From the NCBI GenBank assembly GCA_902567095.1, contig CACFLG010000005.1:1267-65266 (forward strand): a stretch of DNA of 64,000 nt, in the 5' to 3' direction. The notes under the pieces are model-generated. The model searched no databases. It saw only the letters and a list, made by a program, of their open reading frames with translations, and had not been told where the DNA came from. The number at the start of each line of letters is the position of its first letter. Position 1 is the first letter of the stretch. A program made the position numbers and the translations under genes. This document shows, in pieces, positions 39,572-49,512 of this stretch. This stretch comes from an uncultured OM182 clade bacterium (GTDB lineage Bacteria; Pseudomonadota; Gammaproteobacteria; Pseudomonadales; Azotimanducaceae).

Positions 39572-40456
39572 TTAGTGCGATCTGCTAGCGATCAATCTCG
39601 CGAGATTTTCTAGATTGGTCGTGTCTCCCTCAATCTTTTGCAGGCAACCTAATGAGAGTTCAAGCTCATATTCAAGCCTACGCTCGGCCTCTTCCTCGCC
39701 TAAGATGCTTACAAAGGTGCTCCTGTTATTCTTCTTGTCAGACCCGGCTGGCTTACCCATAATTTCAGGCTTGCCCTGCACATCAAGGAGATCATCCCTA
39801 ATTTGAAAACAAAGCCCAAGATGATCGGCAAAGAGATGCAGTTCTGGGAAACTCTCACCTGGTCTTAATGCAGTAACCAGTTCCACGCTTGCCGAAAATA
39901 ACGCGCCAGTTTTTTTTCGGTGCATCAACTCCAGCTCTTTCAGTGACAACAGGCTCTCTGAAGACTCAATATCTAATAATTGCCCATAAATCATTCCTTC
40001 GGCTCCGCCAGCTTTCGCAAGAATTTTTGTCCAATCGGGTATGGCTAAATCTGTCGCCCCATCGGCCAGGACTTCAAAAGAATAGGTTAGCAAAGCGTCG
40101 CCCGTCAGCACCGCGGTAGCTTCTCCAAACTCCTTATGGACTGCAGGCTTCCCTCTTCGAAAATCATCATCGTCCATAGAGGGCAAGTCATCGTGAACGA
40201 GCGAATATGAATGCATCATCTCAATGGCGGCTGAAACAGGGTCCACCTGAGACGCTTCAACACCCAAAGCCTCTGAGGTGGCATAGATAATAAGCGGGCG
40301 TATTCTTTTCCCTCCTGCAAAAAGCGCATGCCTTAGCGCCTTCTCTAAAATAACTGAGGGACAGTGAGCTTCGATGAAACGATCCAAGAGCTCATTTACT
40401 CTTATTTTTTTCTTTTCACGCCACCGCTCGAATTCTAAAGCACTGTCTTTTTCCAT
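39572..40456 (-). CDS. ispA: Farnesyl diphosphate synthase
   Basis: GGKRIRP, SLVHDDLPSMDDDDFRRG, KTGAL, FQIRDDLLD. Start moved to MEKDS. Confidence 0.92.
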   Translation of the reverse strand: MEKDSALEFERWREKKKIRVNELLDRFIEAHCPSVILEKALRHALFAGGKRIRPLIIYATSEALGVEASQVDPVSAAIEMMHSYSLVHDDLPSMDDDDFRRGKPAVHKEFGEATAVLTGDALLTYSFEVLADGATDLAIPDWTKILAKAGGAEGMIYGQLLDIESSESLLSLKELELMHRKKTGALFSASVELVTALRPGESFPELHLFADHLGLCFQIRDDLLDVQGKPEIMGKPAGSDKKNNRSTFVSILGEEEAERRLEYELELSLGCLQKIEGDTTNLENLARLIASRSH

Positions 40457-40558
40457 CTTTGCTCTTATCCTTATGGGAGTGGCGCGGCTTAGTAAAGTTA
40501 CTCTTGAATATAGTGTATCCTTCGAACACTCAACCATTGAACATAATAAAACTTAATC

Positions 40559-41524
40559 ATGAAAAAAGCTCCAATCAAAATCAGTGCAGCGGCTAATGTA
40601 GCGCTAATCAAATATTGGGGAAAAACAGACCTAGAAAAAAATATCCCATCCGCACCCTCGTTATCAGTTGGAATAGAAGATCTTCGCACCGATACCATAA
40701 TCTCTGAGTCAAGGGAAGATAAGGACACATTGATTGGGAAGTTCAAAAAATCTGACGAACAGCGGATACTAAATTATGTTTTCATGGCAAAAAAATTACT
40801 GGGTGTTTCCGGTGGATTAGAAATAGAAACAGAAAACAACTTTCCAGCCTCAAGCGGCCTAGCTTCCAGTGCTTCAGGTTTCGCAGCCATTGCATTAGGG
40901 ATAGACAAGTTTTATGGCCTTGATATGCCCAGAGAAGATATTTCTAGGCTTGCTCGGCTTGGCTCAGGATCCGCAGCGAGGTCTATCTATGGCGGTTTTG
41001 TGCAAATGGATACCGGCCCCGACCCGTTCGCTAAACCTCTGATCGTCGAAGATCCATGGCCATTAGACATTCTCGTGCTTGTGACCGAAGAACAGCCGAA
41101 AAAGATGAGCTCTACAGATTCAATGAACCTGACCAAAGACACTTCGCCCTTTTACTCGGCCTGGCTAGATACACAAGAAGCCGATTTTCTAAAAGCAAAA
41201 GATGCCATCGAAGAAAAAGACTTTTGGAAGCTCGCTCAAATCAGCGAGCATAATTGTCTTAAAATGCACTCAACAATAATGACATCGAAGCCACCTCACG
41301 TTTATTGGAACCCCACAACAGTAGAAATTCTCCATCAAGTCCAGAAGATCCAAAAAAAAGGTTTGCGCGTTTTTTTTACGATCGATGCTGGCCCGCAAGT
41401 GAAATTAATCTGTGATCCTTCTGACACCCAAAGAGTTCTCGAACAATTCGAATCAACGTCGGGTATTTCTAGAAGGATCGTTACGAAGGTGGGGGGAGAA
41501 CCCCAAATTGAGCAGCTCGCATGA
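40559..41524 (+). CDS. mvaD: Diphosphomevalonate decarboxylase
   Basis: NVALIKYWGK, NNFPASSGLASSASG, RLGSGSAARS, FTIDAGPQVK. Confidence 0.95.
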   Translation: MKKAPIKISAAANVALIKYWGKTDLEKNIPSAPSLSVGIEDLRTDTIISESREDKDTLIGKFKKSDEQRILNYVFMAKKLLGVSGGLEIETENNFPASSGLASSASGFAAIALGIDKFYGLDMPREDISRLARLGSGSAARSIYGGFVQMDTGPDPFAKPLIVEDPWPLDILVLVTEEQPKKMSSTDSMNLTKDTSPFYSAWLDTQEADFLKAKDAIEEKDFWKLAQISEHNCLKMHSTIMTSKPPHVYWNPTTVEILHQVQKIQKKGLRVFFTIDAGPQVKLICDPSDTQRVLEQFESTSGISRRIVTKVGGEPQIEQLA

Positions 41525-42438
41525 GAGCGTCCGCTCCGGGCAAGCTCTTTATTTTCGGGGAGTACACGGTACTGGAAGGCGGCACAGCTCTAATTTATCC
41601 TGCACCCTTAGAAGCAAAAACCGAATCAGTGGCCTCTGAAGAGTCGATAGTGGTAACCCATTCTGAGCAAAAGGTTACCTTAAATCTCTCGGAGGCTCTG
41701 AAGCAACTTCCATTGGTATCTGCTATTGCTGAATTGGTCGGAGTAAATTGCTTTAAAAACAAGATGACTATTTTAGACACGAGACCATTCTTTAGAGGTA
41801 AACAAAAGCTGGGTTTAGGGTCGTCATCTGCTCTGACCGTCTCTACAATTAAATGCCTCCGTCCAGAGCTTAGTATGAAAGATACGATAGAGCTTGGGAC
41901 CCGATGCCACAATCTCTTTCAGGGAAAAAAAGGCAGCGGTGGCGATGTTGCGCTGGCTGCGCATGGGCAGCCTATCTTGTTTAATCAAGATAGAGGCCCC
42001 AGACCGGTCGATCGGCTTCAAGGCTTGCACGTATTAGCTATATGGACAGGAAAGTCAGCTTCGACCTCGAACTTCCTGGTCAAGCTGGAACAATGGAAAA
42101 CCAAAAGTCGTGCAAGGTTTTATTCAAAAATGGAGGAGCTAGCTAAAATTTCACTGTCGTGCACGCATAATGTCGAAGAACAAAACATATCAAATCTTAT
42201 CGAAAATATTATAAAATTCGATGCGGCGTTGGAGATCTTTTCAAAGACTTCCCAGCTTAACTTCTATAGTGATAACCATTTAAGAATGAAAACCGAAAGC
42301 AAAAAAGCGGGCTTAGCTTACAAGCCCTCGGGCGCGGGCGGCGGTGACTTTGGAATCTCCTTTAGTGATGACGCCCAGCGGATAAAAGAATTTAGCGAGC
42401 GCTTAAGCTCCCTTAACATCGTCAACTTTATCCTTTAA
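41521..42438 (+). CDS. Phosphomevalonate kinase (GHMP kinase)
   Basis: APGKLFIFGEYTVLEG, KLGLGSSSA, HNLFQGKKGSGGD, KPSGAGGGD. Confidence 0.85.
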   Translation: MRASAPGKLFIFGEYTVLEGGTALIYPAPLEAKTESVASEESIVVTHSEQKVTLNLSEALKQLPLVSAIAELVGVNCFKNKMTILDTRPFFRGKQKLGLGSSSALTVSTIKCLRPELSMKDTIELGTRCHNLFQGKKGSGGDVALAAHGQPILFNQDRGPRPVDRLQGLHVLAIWTGKSASTSNFLVKLEQWKTKSRARFYSKMEELAKISLSCTHNVEEQNISNLIENIIKFDAALEIFSKTSQLNFYSDNHLRMKTESKKAGLAYKPSGAGGGDFGISFSDDAQRIKEFSERLSSLNIVNFIL

Positions 42439-42450
42439 AAAAGAGAAAAT

Positions 42451-44694
42451 GTGCCGAGGAAGATAATGGGAAAAGGACAGATTCCGGGTTTTTATAAGCT
42501 ATCTATCCTCGAGAGGCTAAAGAAGCTTAAAGATTTCGGGAAAATTTCAGAGGACGATTTTAAGGCCCTTCTTGAAGACAGACACCTGCTGTCCACCCAG
42601 CGCGCAGACAAGATGATAGAGAATGTAATCGGTGTCATGGGCTTACCATTGGGTCTTGGACTGAATTTCCTAGTGAATGACAAGGACTACATGGTACCCC
42701 TAGTTGTAGAAGAGCCCTCCATTGTGGCGGGTTTGAGCTCTGCGGCGAAGGTTTTCAAAGGGTCCGGGGGTGCAGAATCTTTTCTTGAAGAGTCTTTGTT
42801 AATCGGCCAGGTGCAGATCGTGTCTCCAAAAAATAGCGAAGACGCAAAAACCGCAATTTTGTTTAATAAATCCTCCCTTTTAGAAAAGGCCAATGAAGCC
42901 CACCCGAGAATGGCAGAGCGGGGTGGAGGGGCGAAAGACATTGAAGTAAGAGTTTTTGAGCCAACGGAAGATCAGCCGGCCATGGTGATCCTGCATCTTC
43001 TAGTCGACACCTGCGACGCGATGGGAGCTAATGTTGTGAACACCATGTGTGAAAGCCTCGCGCATGATTTGGAAGCCTTGACCGAGGGAAGAGTTTTCCT
43101 GCGTATACTTAGCAACCTCGCAGATAGATCTATCGTCAAAACGAAAGTAGAGATAGATACGAACGAATTAAAAGGAAAAGGTTTTAGGGGTGACGAGGTA
43201 AGGGATGGAGTGATTCTTGCCTCTCAGCTCGCAGAGATAGATCCTTATCGCGCCGCAACCCACAACAAGGGAATCATGAATGGCATTGATCCGCTCGCCA
43301 TCGCTACCGGAAATGACTGGCGGGCGATTGAAGCCTCAGCTCACGCATTTGCAGCAAAAACAGGTCGCTACAAATCCCTTTCGAAGTGGCAAGCTACCAG
43401 CTCGGGAAAACTGCAGGGCACTTTAGAAATACCCTTAAAGGTGGGCACGAAAGGCGGCTCGTTAGGAGCAAATGAGACGATTCAAATTAGCCAAAAACTC
43501 TTAGGGATCACAAATGCAAAAGAGCTAGCTGAATTGATGGGCGCGGTGGGGCTCGCGCAAAACTTCGCTGCACTTAGAGCCCTAGCGACCGAAGGAATTC
43601 AGAAAGGGCACATGTCTCTCCACTCTCGTAGCGTGGCACTGACCGCGGGCACACCGCCGAAACACTTCGATGAAGTAGTGAGAAAACTCAAGGAATCGGA
43701 CGAGATTACCGTCACCAAAGCCAAAAAAATTCTTGAAGACCTCTCTTCAAAAACGAACAAGACCGTAGCGAAGAAAAATGAACACGCCACGATTGCAACT
43801 GCAAATGGAAAAGTGATTTTGCTTGGAGAACATGCCGTTGTATACGGTAAACCCGCCGTGGCGGTTCCAATCAAAGACGCTGTTATAACTGAGATAAGCG
43901 ACTCGGATGGCAGGAATGAGCTTGAGGTTCCTGCCTGGGATCTTGATGGACGGTTAAAACAATCTAACAATGAATGGTGGAAGTCCCTACAAGATGTTTT
44001 CGAGACACTCGGGGTATCCAACAAAAAATTTAATCTTCGGGTAAAGCCCAACATTCCGGCTGCAGTGGGTTTAGGGGGATCTGCTGCTATCGCGGTTTCG
44101 ATTATAAGGTGTGTCTCAAAACACTTTAAATTGGATCTTACGGATCCAGAGATCAACGATCTTGCTTTTGTGTGTGAGACCGCTGCGCACGGGACAGCCT
44201 CAGGCATCGACAATACTATTGCGACCTTTGGCGAGCCCCTGGTTTACCAGCGAGAGCCCTCTATGAAAATAGAAACTCTTAAGTTCGACAAACCCGTCAG
44301 CCTCGTCATAGGCATATCAAATACTCCTTCTTTAACAGCAGAGATGGTAGCGGGCGTAAGGGCTAGATGGAAAGAGAACACGGAATTATACGAAGCCCTT
44401 TTCGAAAACTTCGAAAAAGTTGCTAGGTCGGGAATCTCTGCTATCCGGAGCGGGGACTACCAAACATTGGGAGAGATGATGAACATCAATCAAGGTCTTT
44501 TGTCAGCTATTCAAGTGTCCTCTCCTGAGTTAGACCGAATGATAGAGATAGCAAGAAGCCAGGGCGCGATTGGCGCTAAAGTTACTGGCGCAGGGGGCGG
44601 CGGTTCAATGGTCGCCTTATGCGAAGAAAAAACTGAGCCCGTCGCGTCAGCACTTTCTAACAAAGGGTTCAAGGTCCTTCAGGTCAAACTGTGA
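42451..44694 (+). CDS. mvaA: Class II HMG-CoA reductase fused to mevalonate kinase
   Basis: ENVIG, EEPS, DAMGAN, HNKGIMNG and GIQKGHMSLH, then GKVILLGEHAVVYG, GLGGSAA, HGTASGID and GAKVTGAGGGG. Confidence 0.92.
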   Translation: MPRKIMGKGQIPGFYKLSILERLKKLKDFGKISEDDFKALLEDRHLLSTQRADKMIENVIGVMGLPLGLGLNFLVNDKDYMVPLVVEEPSIVAGLSSAAKVFKGSGGAESFLEESLLIGQVQIVSPKNSEDAKTAILFNKSSLLEKANEAHPRMAERGGGAKDIEVRVFEPTEDQPAMVILHLLVDTCDAMGANVVNTMCESLAHDLEALTEGRVFLRILSNLADRSIVKTKVEIDTNELKGKGFRGDEVRDGVILASQLAEIDPYRAATHNKGIMNGIDPLAIATGNDWRAIEASAHAFAAKTGRYKSLSKWQATSSGKLQGTLEIPLKVGTKGGSLGANETIQISQKLLGITNAKELAELMGAVGLAQNFAALRALATEGIQKGHMSLHSRSVALTAGTPPKHFDEVVRKLKESDEITVTKAKKILEDLSSKTNKTVAKKNEHATIATANGKVILLGEHAVVYGKPAVAVPIKDAVITEISDSDGRNELEVPAWDLDGRLKQSNNEWWKSLQDVFETLGVSNKKFNLRVKPNIPAAVGLGGSAAIAVSIIRCVSKHFKLDLTDPEINDLAFVCETAAHGTASGIDNTIATFGEPLVYQREPSMKIETLKFDKPVSLVIGISNTPSLTAEMVAGVRARWKENTELYEALFENFEKVARSGISAIRSGDYQTLGEMMNINQGLLSAIQVSSPELDRMIEIARSQGAIGAKVTGAGGGGSMVALCEEKTEPVASALSNKGFKVLQVKL

Positions 44695-45260
44695 AAAACG
44701 ACCAAACCGTCTCATCGCCTACTGAGAAATTGATCCTTGTCGACAAAAGCGATAGAAAGATTGGGCAGATAACCAAGCAGGACGCCCACCAAGGGAAAGG
44801 CCGTTTGCACAGAGCATTCTCAATATTTCTGTTTAATGATCAAAAACAACTTTTATTACAAAAGAGAAGCTTAAAGAAACCGTTGTGGCCGGGATTCTGG
44901 GCTAATTCCTGCTGCAGCCATCCACGGGTGGGTGAGGAATTAGAGGAAGCCGTGCATCGCAGGCTGGAACAAGAACTCAATGTTTCCACGTTGGTTCATT
45001 ACTTGTATAAATTTGAGTACAAAGCTTCGTTCAAGGACGTTGGCACGGAGCACGAACTATGTTCAGTTTGGCTTGGCCACGTCCGAGAGGAAGACATAGA
45101 ATTTAACCGAGAAGAGATATCTGAAATCAAATATGTCCCGATTGAAAATATGGAAAAAGAACTTGCTCGTAATAGCGATATCTGCACGCCTTGGCTTAAG
45201 CTGGAATGGAAAACAATTCAATCTGAGCACCTGGAAAGAGTTCTAAGCATAATAGCTTAA
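44691..45260 (+). CDS. idi: Isopentenyl-diphosphate delta-isomerase type 1
   Basis: LHRAFSIFLF, LLLQKRS, WANSCCSHP, EHELC. Confidence 0.95.
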   Translation: MKNDQTVSSPTEKLILVDKSDRKIGQITKQDAHQGKGRLHRAFSIFLFNDQKQLLLQKRSLKKPLWPGFWANSCCSHPRVGEELEEAVHRRLEQELNVSTLVHYLYKFEYKASFKDVGTEHELCSVWLGHVREEDIEFNREEISEIKYVPIENMEKELARNSDICTPWLKLEWKTIQSEHLERVLSIIA

Positions 45261-45303
45261 AACGTGGCATTATCTCTGGCTCTAGCTAAAGGGAAGCAAG
45301 CGA

Positions 45304-45714
45304 ATGAAGATTAGCGGAGGGTGTTATTGTAAGAGAATTCGGTATTCATTTGACGGCGATATCGCGACTTCGCTTCAATGCCACTGTCGAGAATGTCAGT
45401 ACATAACAGGAGGAAACCCAAACGTATTGGTGCTAGGATCCGACAGCGATCTAACCTTCTTACAAGGCGAAGAGTTTATTTCTAGCTTCACCAGAGACGA
45501 TTTAGAGGGCGCTGTTACCCGTCTGTTCTGCTCCATTTGCGGAACGGCACTTGGAACTAAGCCTCCAAGATTAAAGGGCTCGATTGCACTAAAAATTGGG
45601 ACGATGGACGACCCATCGTTTTTTGTGCCGTCTGCCGCAATTTTTACCAAGGACAAGCAATCGTTTCACCACATATCTCCAGACGTCCCCAGCTTCGAAG
45701 GGGCACCGGGTTAA
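45304..45714 (+). CDS. GFA/CENP-V family Zn-binding protein
   Basis: GGCYC, CHCRECQ, RLFCSICGT. Confidence 0.88.
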   Translation: MKISGGCYCKRIRYSFDGDIATSLQCHCRECQYITGGNPNVLVLGSDSDLTFLQGEEFISSFTRDDLEGAVTRLFCSICGTALGTKPPRLKGSIALKIGTMDDPSFFVPSAAIFTKDKQSFHHISPDVPSFEGAPG

Positions 45715-45728
45715 GCGGACAACAAACC

Positions 45729-47012
45729 TTGAAGAAAACCCTCTACACAAAGAATTACACGCATTATGTTCTCGGAGCACTTACCGTTGTTTACGTCTTC
45801 AACTTCATCGACAGACAGATCTTAGCTATCTTAGCCCCTGCAATCAGGGATGATCTTGGACTTTCGGACACGCAAATTGGTGCTCTGTCGGGCTTAGCCT
45901 TCGGACTGTTCTATGCAACTTTAGGGATTCCAATAGCTCGGCTTGCTGACAAATACTCTAGAGTCAACGTAATATCGATCTCACTGGGTGTTTGGTCATT
46001 AATGACTGCCCTTTCAGGCTTAGCGACTAATTTTTTTCAGTTGCTCATTGCAAGGATTGGGGTGGGGATCGGAGAGGCAGGTGGAAGCCCCCCTTCTCAC
46101 TCGCTTATCGCAGATTATTTTTCTCCCGAGTCGCGTTCCTCAGCCTTAGGCGTTTTCGCCTTAGGCGTGCCGATTGGCATCCTTTTTGGAAACCTGGCTG
46201 GTGGGTGGATCAATGAGTTTTTTGGGTGGCGAAATGCCTTTTTCTTGGTTGGAATTCCTGGGATCGTGCTTGCACTCGTCGTTAAGTTCTCAATCAAGGA
46301 ACCTCCAAGGGGTTACTCAGAAGAATCAGAAAAAGCATCAGATCAGGTTCCCTTTTCAGAGGTTCTCAGAACCATGTGGAGTTTCCCTTCTTTTCGATAC
46401 ATCGCCCTTGGCGCCGGAACTCAGGCGTTTGTTGGTTATGGCTCTATCGCCTGGATGCCCTCTTTTTTCGTGAGAGCTCATGACATGAGTACTGGCGAGA
46501 TCGGAACCGCGCTGGGCCTAATAATTGGCCTGTTTGGGGGGGTCGCTACCATTATTTCCGGATTCGCTGGCGACTACTTTGGAAAGAAAGATAAAAAATA
46601 CTACATGTTAATTCCTGCGATCGCTTTTTTGATTGCGTTCCCGACGGGGGCCGCGGTCTTTATGGTCGACAGCCTCTTCTACGCTCTACTCATCTACACC
46701 ATCCCTGTTTTCTTGGTGAATCTCTACACCGGGCCCACCTTCGGCATGACTCAGACGCTCGCTCCTCTTGCAATGAGAGCATCCGCGTCGGCGCTCATGC
46801 TTTTTATCGTGAACTTTATCGGCTTGGTGTTCGGCCCCACGGCCGTGGGTTTTATTAGTGACACCTTGCAGGCATATCTTTTGATGAGCGAGGTCGAGTC
46901 GCTTCGCTGGTCTCTGCTTTCGTGTAACGTTGTCTACCTGTTGAGTTTCCTTTTTTACTACTTAGCATCGAAAACGATAGGATCTGACCTTAGTAGACAA
47001 AATAAGGGATAA
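45729..47012 (+). CDS. MFS transporter (spinster-like)
   Basis: NFIDRQI, ARLADK, RIGVGIGEAG, SLIADYF; about 12 TM segments. Confidence 0.9.
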   Translation: MKKTLYTKNYTHYVLGALTVVYVFNFIDRQILAILAPAIRDDLGLSDTQIGALSGLAFGLFYATLGIPIARLADKYSRVNVISISLGVWSLMTALSGLATNFFQLLIARIGVGIGEAGGSPPSHSLIADYFSPESRSSALGVFALGVPIGILFGNLAGGWINEFFGWRNAFFLVGIPGIVLALVVKFSIKEPPRGYSEESEKASDQVPFSEVLRTMWSFPSFRYIALGAGTQAFVGYGSIAWMPSFFVRAHDMSTGEIGTALGLIIGLFGGVATIISGFAGDYFGKKDKKYYMLIPAIAFLIAFPTGAAVFMVDSLFYALLIYTIPVFLVNLYTGPTFGMTQTLAPLAMRASASALMLFIVNFIGLVFGPTAVGFISDTLQAYLLMSEVESLRWSLLSCNVVYLLSFLFYYLASKTIGSDLSRQNKG

Positions 47013-47097
47013 AACCCTTGGAATTGTTCGCAAGAAACCTCTAGATTAAAACTGTCAGATTCATGAAATATTAATATTTTGGAAACGGAGGAACGCT

Positions 47098-47631
47098 ATG
47101 TTCGAATACGTGAACCCTGAAGGGCAATCTTCCATAGAGAATACGCCCTACCGACTTTCAGCATCGATTAAAGGTGCTAACGCAATAAAAATTGGATTCC
47201 TCGCAAACGGCTTTCCCGACTCAGAAAATTTCCTCGCATTGTTAGCAGATGAATTATCAGAGCTTGAGCCGGGTATAGAAAAAGAATTTTACAATAAAGG
47301 GAACGCCTCGATCGCGGCGAGTCCCGAGCTCTTATCAAGCATCACGTCCGATTGTCAGGCGGTAGTAGCGGCCTACGGGCACTGAGGATCTTGTACCACC
47401 GGCACCGTGCGTGACGGAATCAACATCGCAAAGCTCAACATACCCGCTGTAGCCCTGGTGACGGAAGAGTTCTGGCCGCAAGGGGATTTTGTCTCGGTCT
47501 CTTTGGGGATGCCAGAGATTCCAAGGGTAAAGCTACCACACCCCGTCGCGGGATCTGGAACGGAAAACATGAGAATGATTGCAAAATCTGTAGCAACCCA
47601 AGTGATCGCCTCGCTAGACACTAATGCGTGA
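47098..47631 (+). CDS. Second UGSC-motif selenoprotein (177 aa with read-through at TGA 47383-47385)
   Basis: AVVAAYGH-TGA-GSCTTGTVRD continues in frame into 47407..47631; paralogous to 13399..13920. Confidence 0.85.
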
Positions 47632-48694
47632 TCTCTTAACCGCAAAATCAGAAGAAGACGCGCTAGAAGATCTCCACAGGAAAGGCTTAACCGACGGATT
47701 GCCGGTGGTTGTGCCAACTCCAAGCAGAGTAGACAGAATGGCGCTTGCGTCTGGCAATGACCCAGACATGGTCATCGGGGCCATGGGTCCAGGGAATGGC
47801 GTAGCAACGATCGAAAAAATAGCCGTCGCCGCAGTAATGGCGGGCTGCGTTCCGGATCACATGCCCGTCGTTTTGGCTGCGGTCAAGGCAGTGATCAACC
47901 CGGTATTTGATTTGACTGAGATGCAAGCCACCACACACTGCACCGCGCCTCTCATTATTGTGAATGGGCCCGCGAGGTTCTCCTGCGGACCAATCTCGTC
48001 AGGCTACGGAGCCCTGGGCCCGGGCCATAGAGCAAACGCCAGCATTGGCAGAGCGCTTAGGCTTGCCATGATCAATATTGGAGGGGGGCGACCCGGAAGC
48101 TCTGACATGGCGTTGCTTGGGCACCCAGGCAAGTTCACATACTGCCTAGCCGAAAACGAAGAAGAAAGTCCATTTGAACCCTTGCACACCTCTTTTGGAT
48201 TTGAAAGGGATGAAAGCATTGTTACGGTGATGGGGGGCGAGGCGCCCCACTCCGTGCTTTTCGGTGCGGACGGTGATGACCCCAAGAGCTACAAGGGCTT
48301 GCTAGATATTCTCGCAATCGGTCTGACTAACCCTGCGACGAACAACGCAATACTTACCGGCGGGTCTGCGCTGATTATTCTTAATCCGGAGCATGCAGCG
48401 GTGCTCGCCGACGCCGGTCTTAACCGGACAACAATCAGCGAAGAGTTGCACACAAGGTGCCTCCATACGGAGAAGGATATCAAGCGACTTGTCCCCGCAT
48501 TTTCGAGCAATAGAGAGGGAAACCGAAACGCCTTTACGGGTCCAGAGCAGATTTTAATTATGATGGCGGGCGGCTCAGGGCTTTATTCGATGGCGATCCC
48601 CACATGGAGCGCAGGGGCCCACAAAAACTCACCATCCTGTGAGAAGATAGAAACAGATTTTTTCTGTGAGATTCCGGACAAGAAGATTGACTAA
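47624..48694 (+). CDS. Uncharacterised 'DGLP' protein; UGSC partner
   Basis: GLTDGLPVVVPT, EKIAVAAVMAGC, ATTH, GHRANASIGRAL, GHPGK; homologous to the C-terminal part of 13930..15345. Confidence 0.75.
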   Translation: MRDLLTAKSEEDALEDLHRKGLTDGLPVVVPTPSRVDRMALASGNDPDMVIGAMGPGNGVATIEKIAVAAVMAGCVPDHMPVVLAAVKAVINPVFDLTEMQATTHCTAPLIIVNGPARFSCGPISSGYGALGPGHRANASIGRALRLAMINIGGGRPGSSDMALLGHPGKFTYCLAENEEESPFEPLHTSFGFERDESIVTVMGGEAPHSVLFGADGDDPKSYKGLLDILAIGLTNPATNNAILTGGSALIILNPEHAAVLADAGLNRTTISEELHTRCLHTEKDIKRLVPAFSSNREGNRNAFTGPEQILIMMAGGSGLYSMAIPTWSAGAHKNSPSCEKIETDFFCEIPDKKID

Positions 48695-48708
48695 CACGAG
48701 AGACTGAG

Positions 48709-49485
48709 ATGACCGACTTCCCTACGCCCTACGTATCTAACGATTTAAAAGACAAAGTGGCTTTGGTCACAGGCACCACCTCGGGCCTGGGCCGGCGCTT
48801 CGCGCTGGTGCTTGCCGCCTGCGGCGCAAAGGTCGCCCTGACCGGTCGACGAGCAGAAAGGTTAGATGAATTAGCCAAAGAAATTAGGGAATCAGGCGGG
48901 ACATGTCACCCAATCCCTTTCGACATCACGGATGAAAAACAAATACCCGAGGTTGTCGACAAAGCTCAGAAAGAGTTAGGGCTGGTGGATATCCTCGTAA
49001 ATAACGCAGGGATACCTGATGCCCAAAGAGCGCACAAGATGAGCAATGAATTTACTGACCTGGTATTTGGGACGAACCTTATCGGTCCCTGGAAGCTCTC
49101 TTGCGAGGTCGCGAGGAGACTAATCGAAGCAAAAAAACCTGGGCGCATGGTGAATATTTCGTCAGTGGGCGCGTTTAGGTACGACGGAAACGGGGCCGCA
49201 CTCTACTCGGTAACCAAATCCGCTTTAATTCGAATGACTGAGTGCCTCGCGGTCGAGTGGGCAAGATTTAACATCAACGTTAACGCGATCGCGCCAGGCG
49301 CTTTTTCCTCTGAGATGATGGACGGTATGCTGGAGCGGATGGGCGACTTCTCGTCGGCGTTCCCACGCGGTCGCATCGGAGATCCAGCGCAGATGGACTC
49401 TTCCCTGCTCTACTTCGTCTCCCCCGCGTCAGAGTTTGTGACCGGGACCTACGTGAAGATAGACGATGGACAGGGGGCACGTTAA
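48709..49485 (+). CDS. Short-chain dehydrogenase/reductase
   Basis: TGTTSGLG, NNAG, YSVTK, NAIAPG. Confidence 0.88.
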   Translation: MTDFPTPYVSNDLKDKVALVTGTTSGLGRRFALVLAACGAKVALTGRRAERLDELAKEIRESGGTCHPIPFDITDEKQIPEVVDKAQKELGLVDILVNNAGIPDAQRAHKMSNEFTDLVFGTNLIGPWKLSCEVARRLIEAKKPGRMVNISSVGAFRYDGNGAALYSVTKSALIRMTECLAVEWARFNINVNAIAPGAFSSEMMDGMLERMGDFSSAFPRGRIGDPAQMDSSLLYFVSPASEFVTGTYVKIDDGQGAR

Positions 49486-49512
49486 GGCTCGTGCCATAGA
49501 CAGGAAGGTGAA

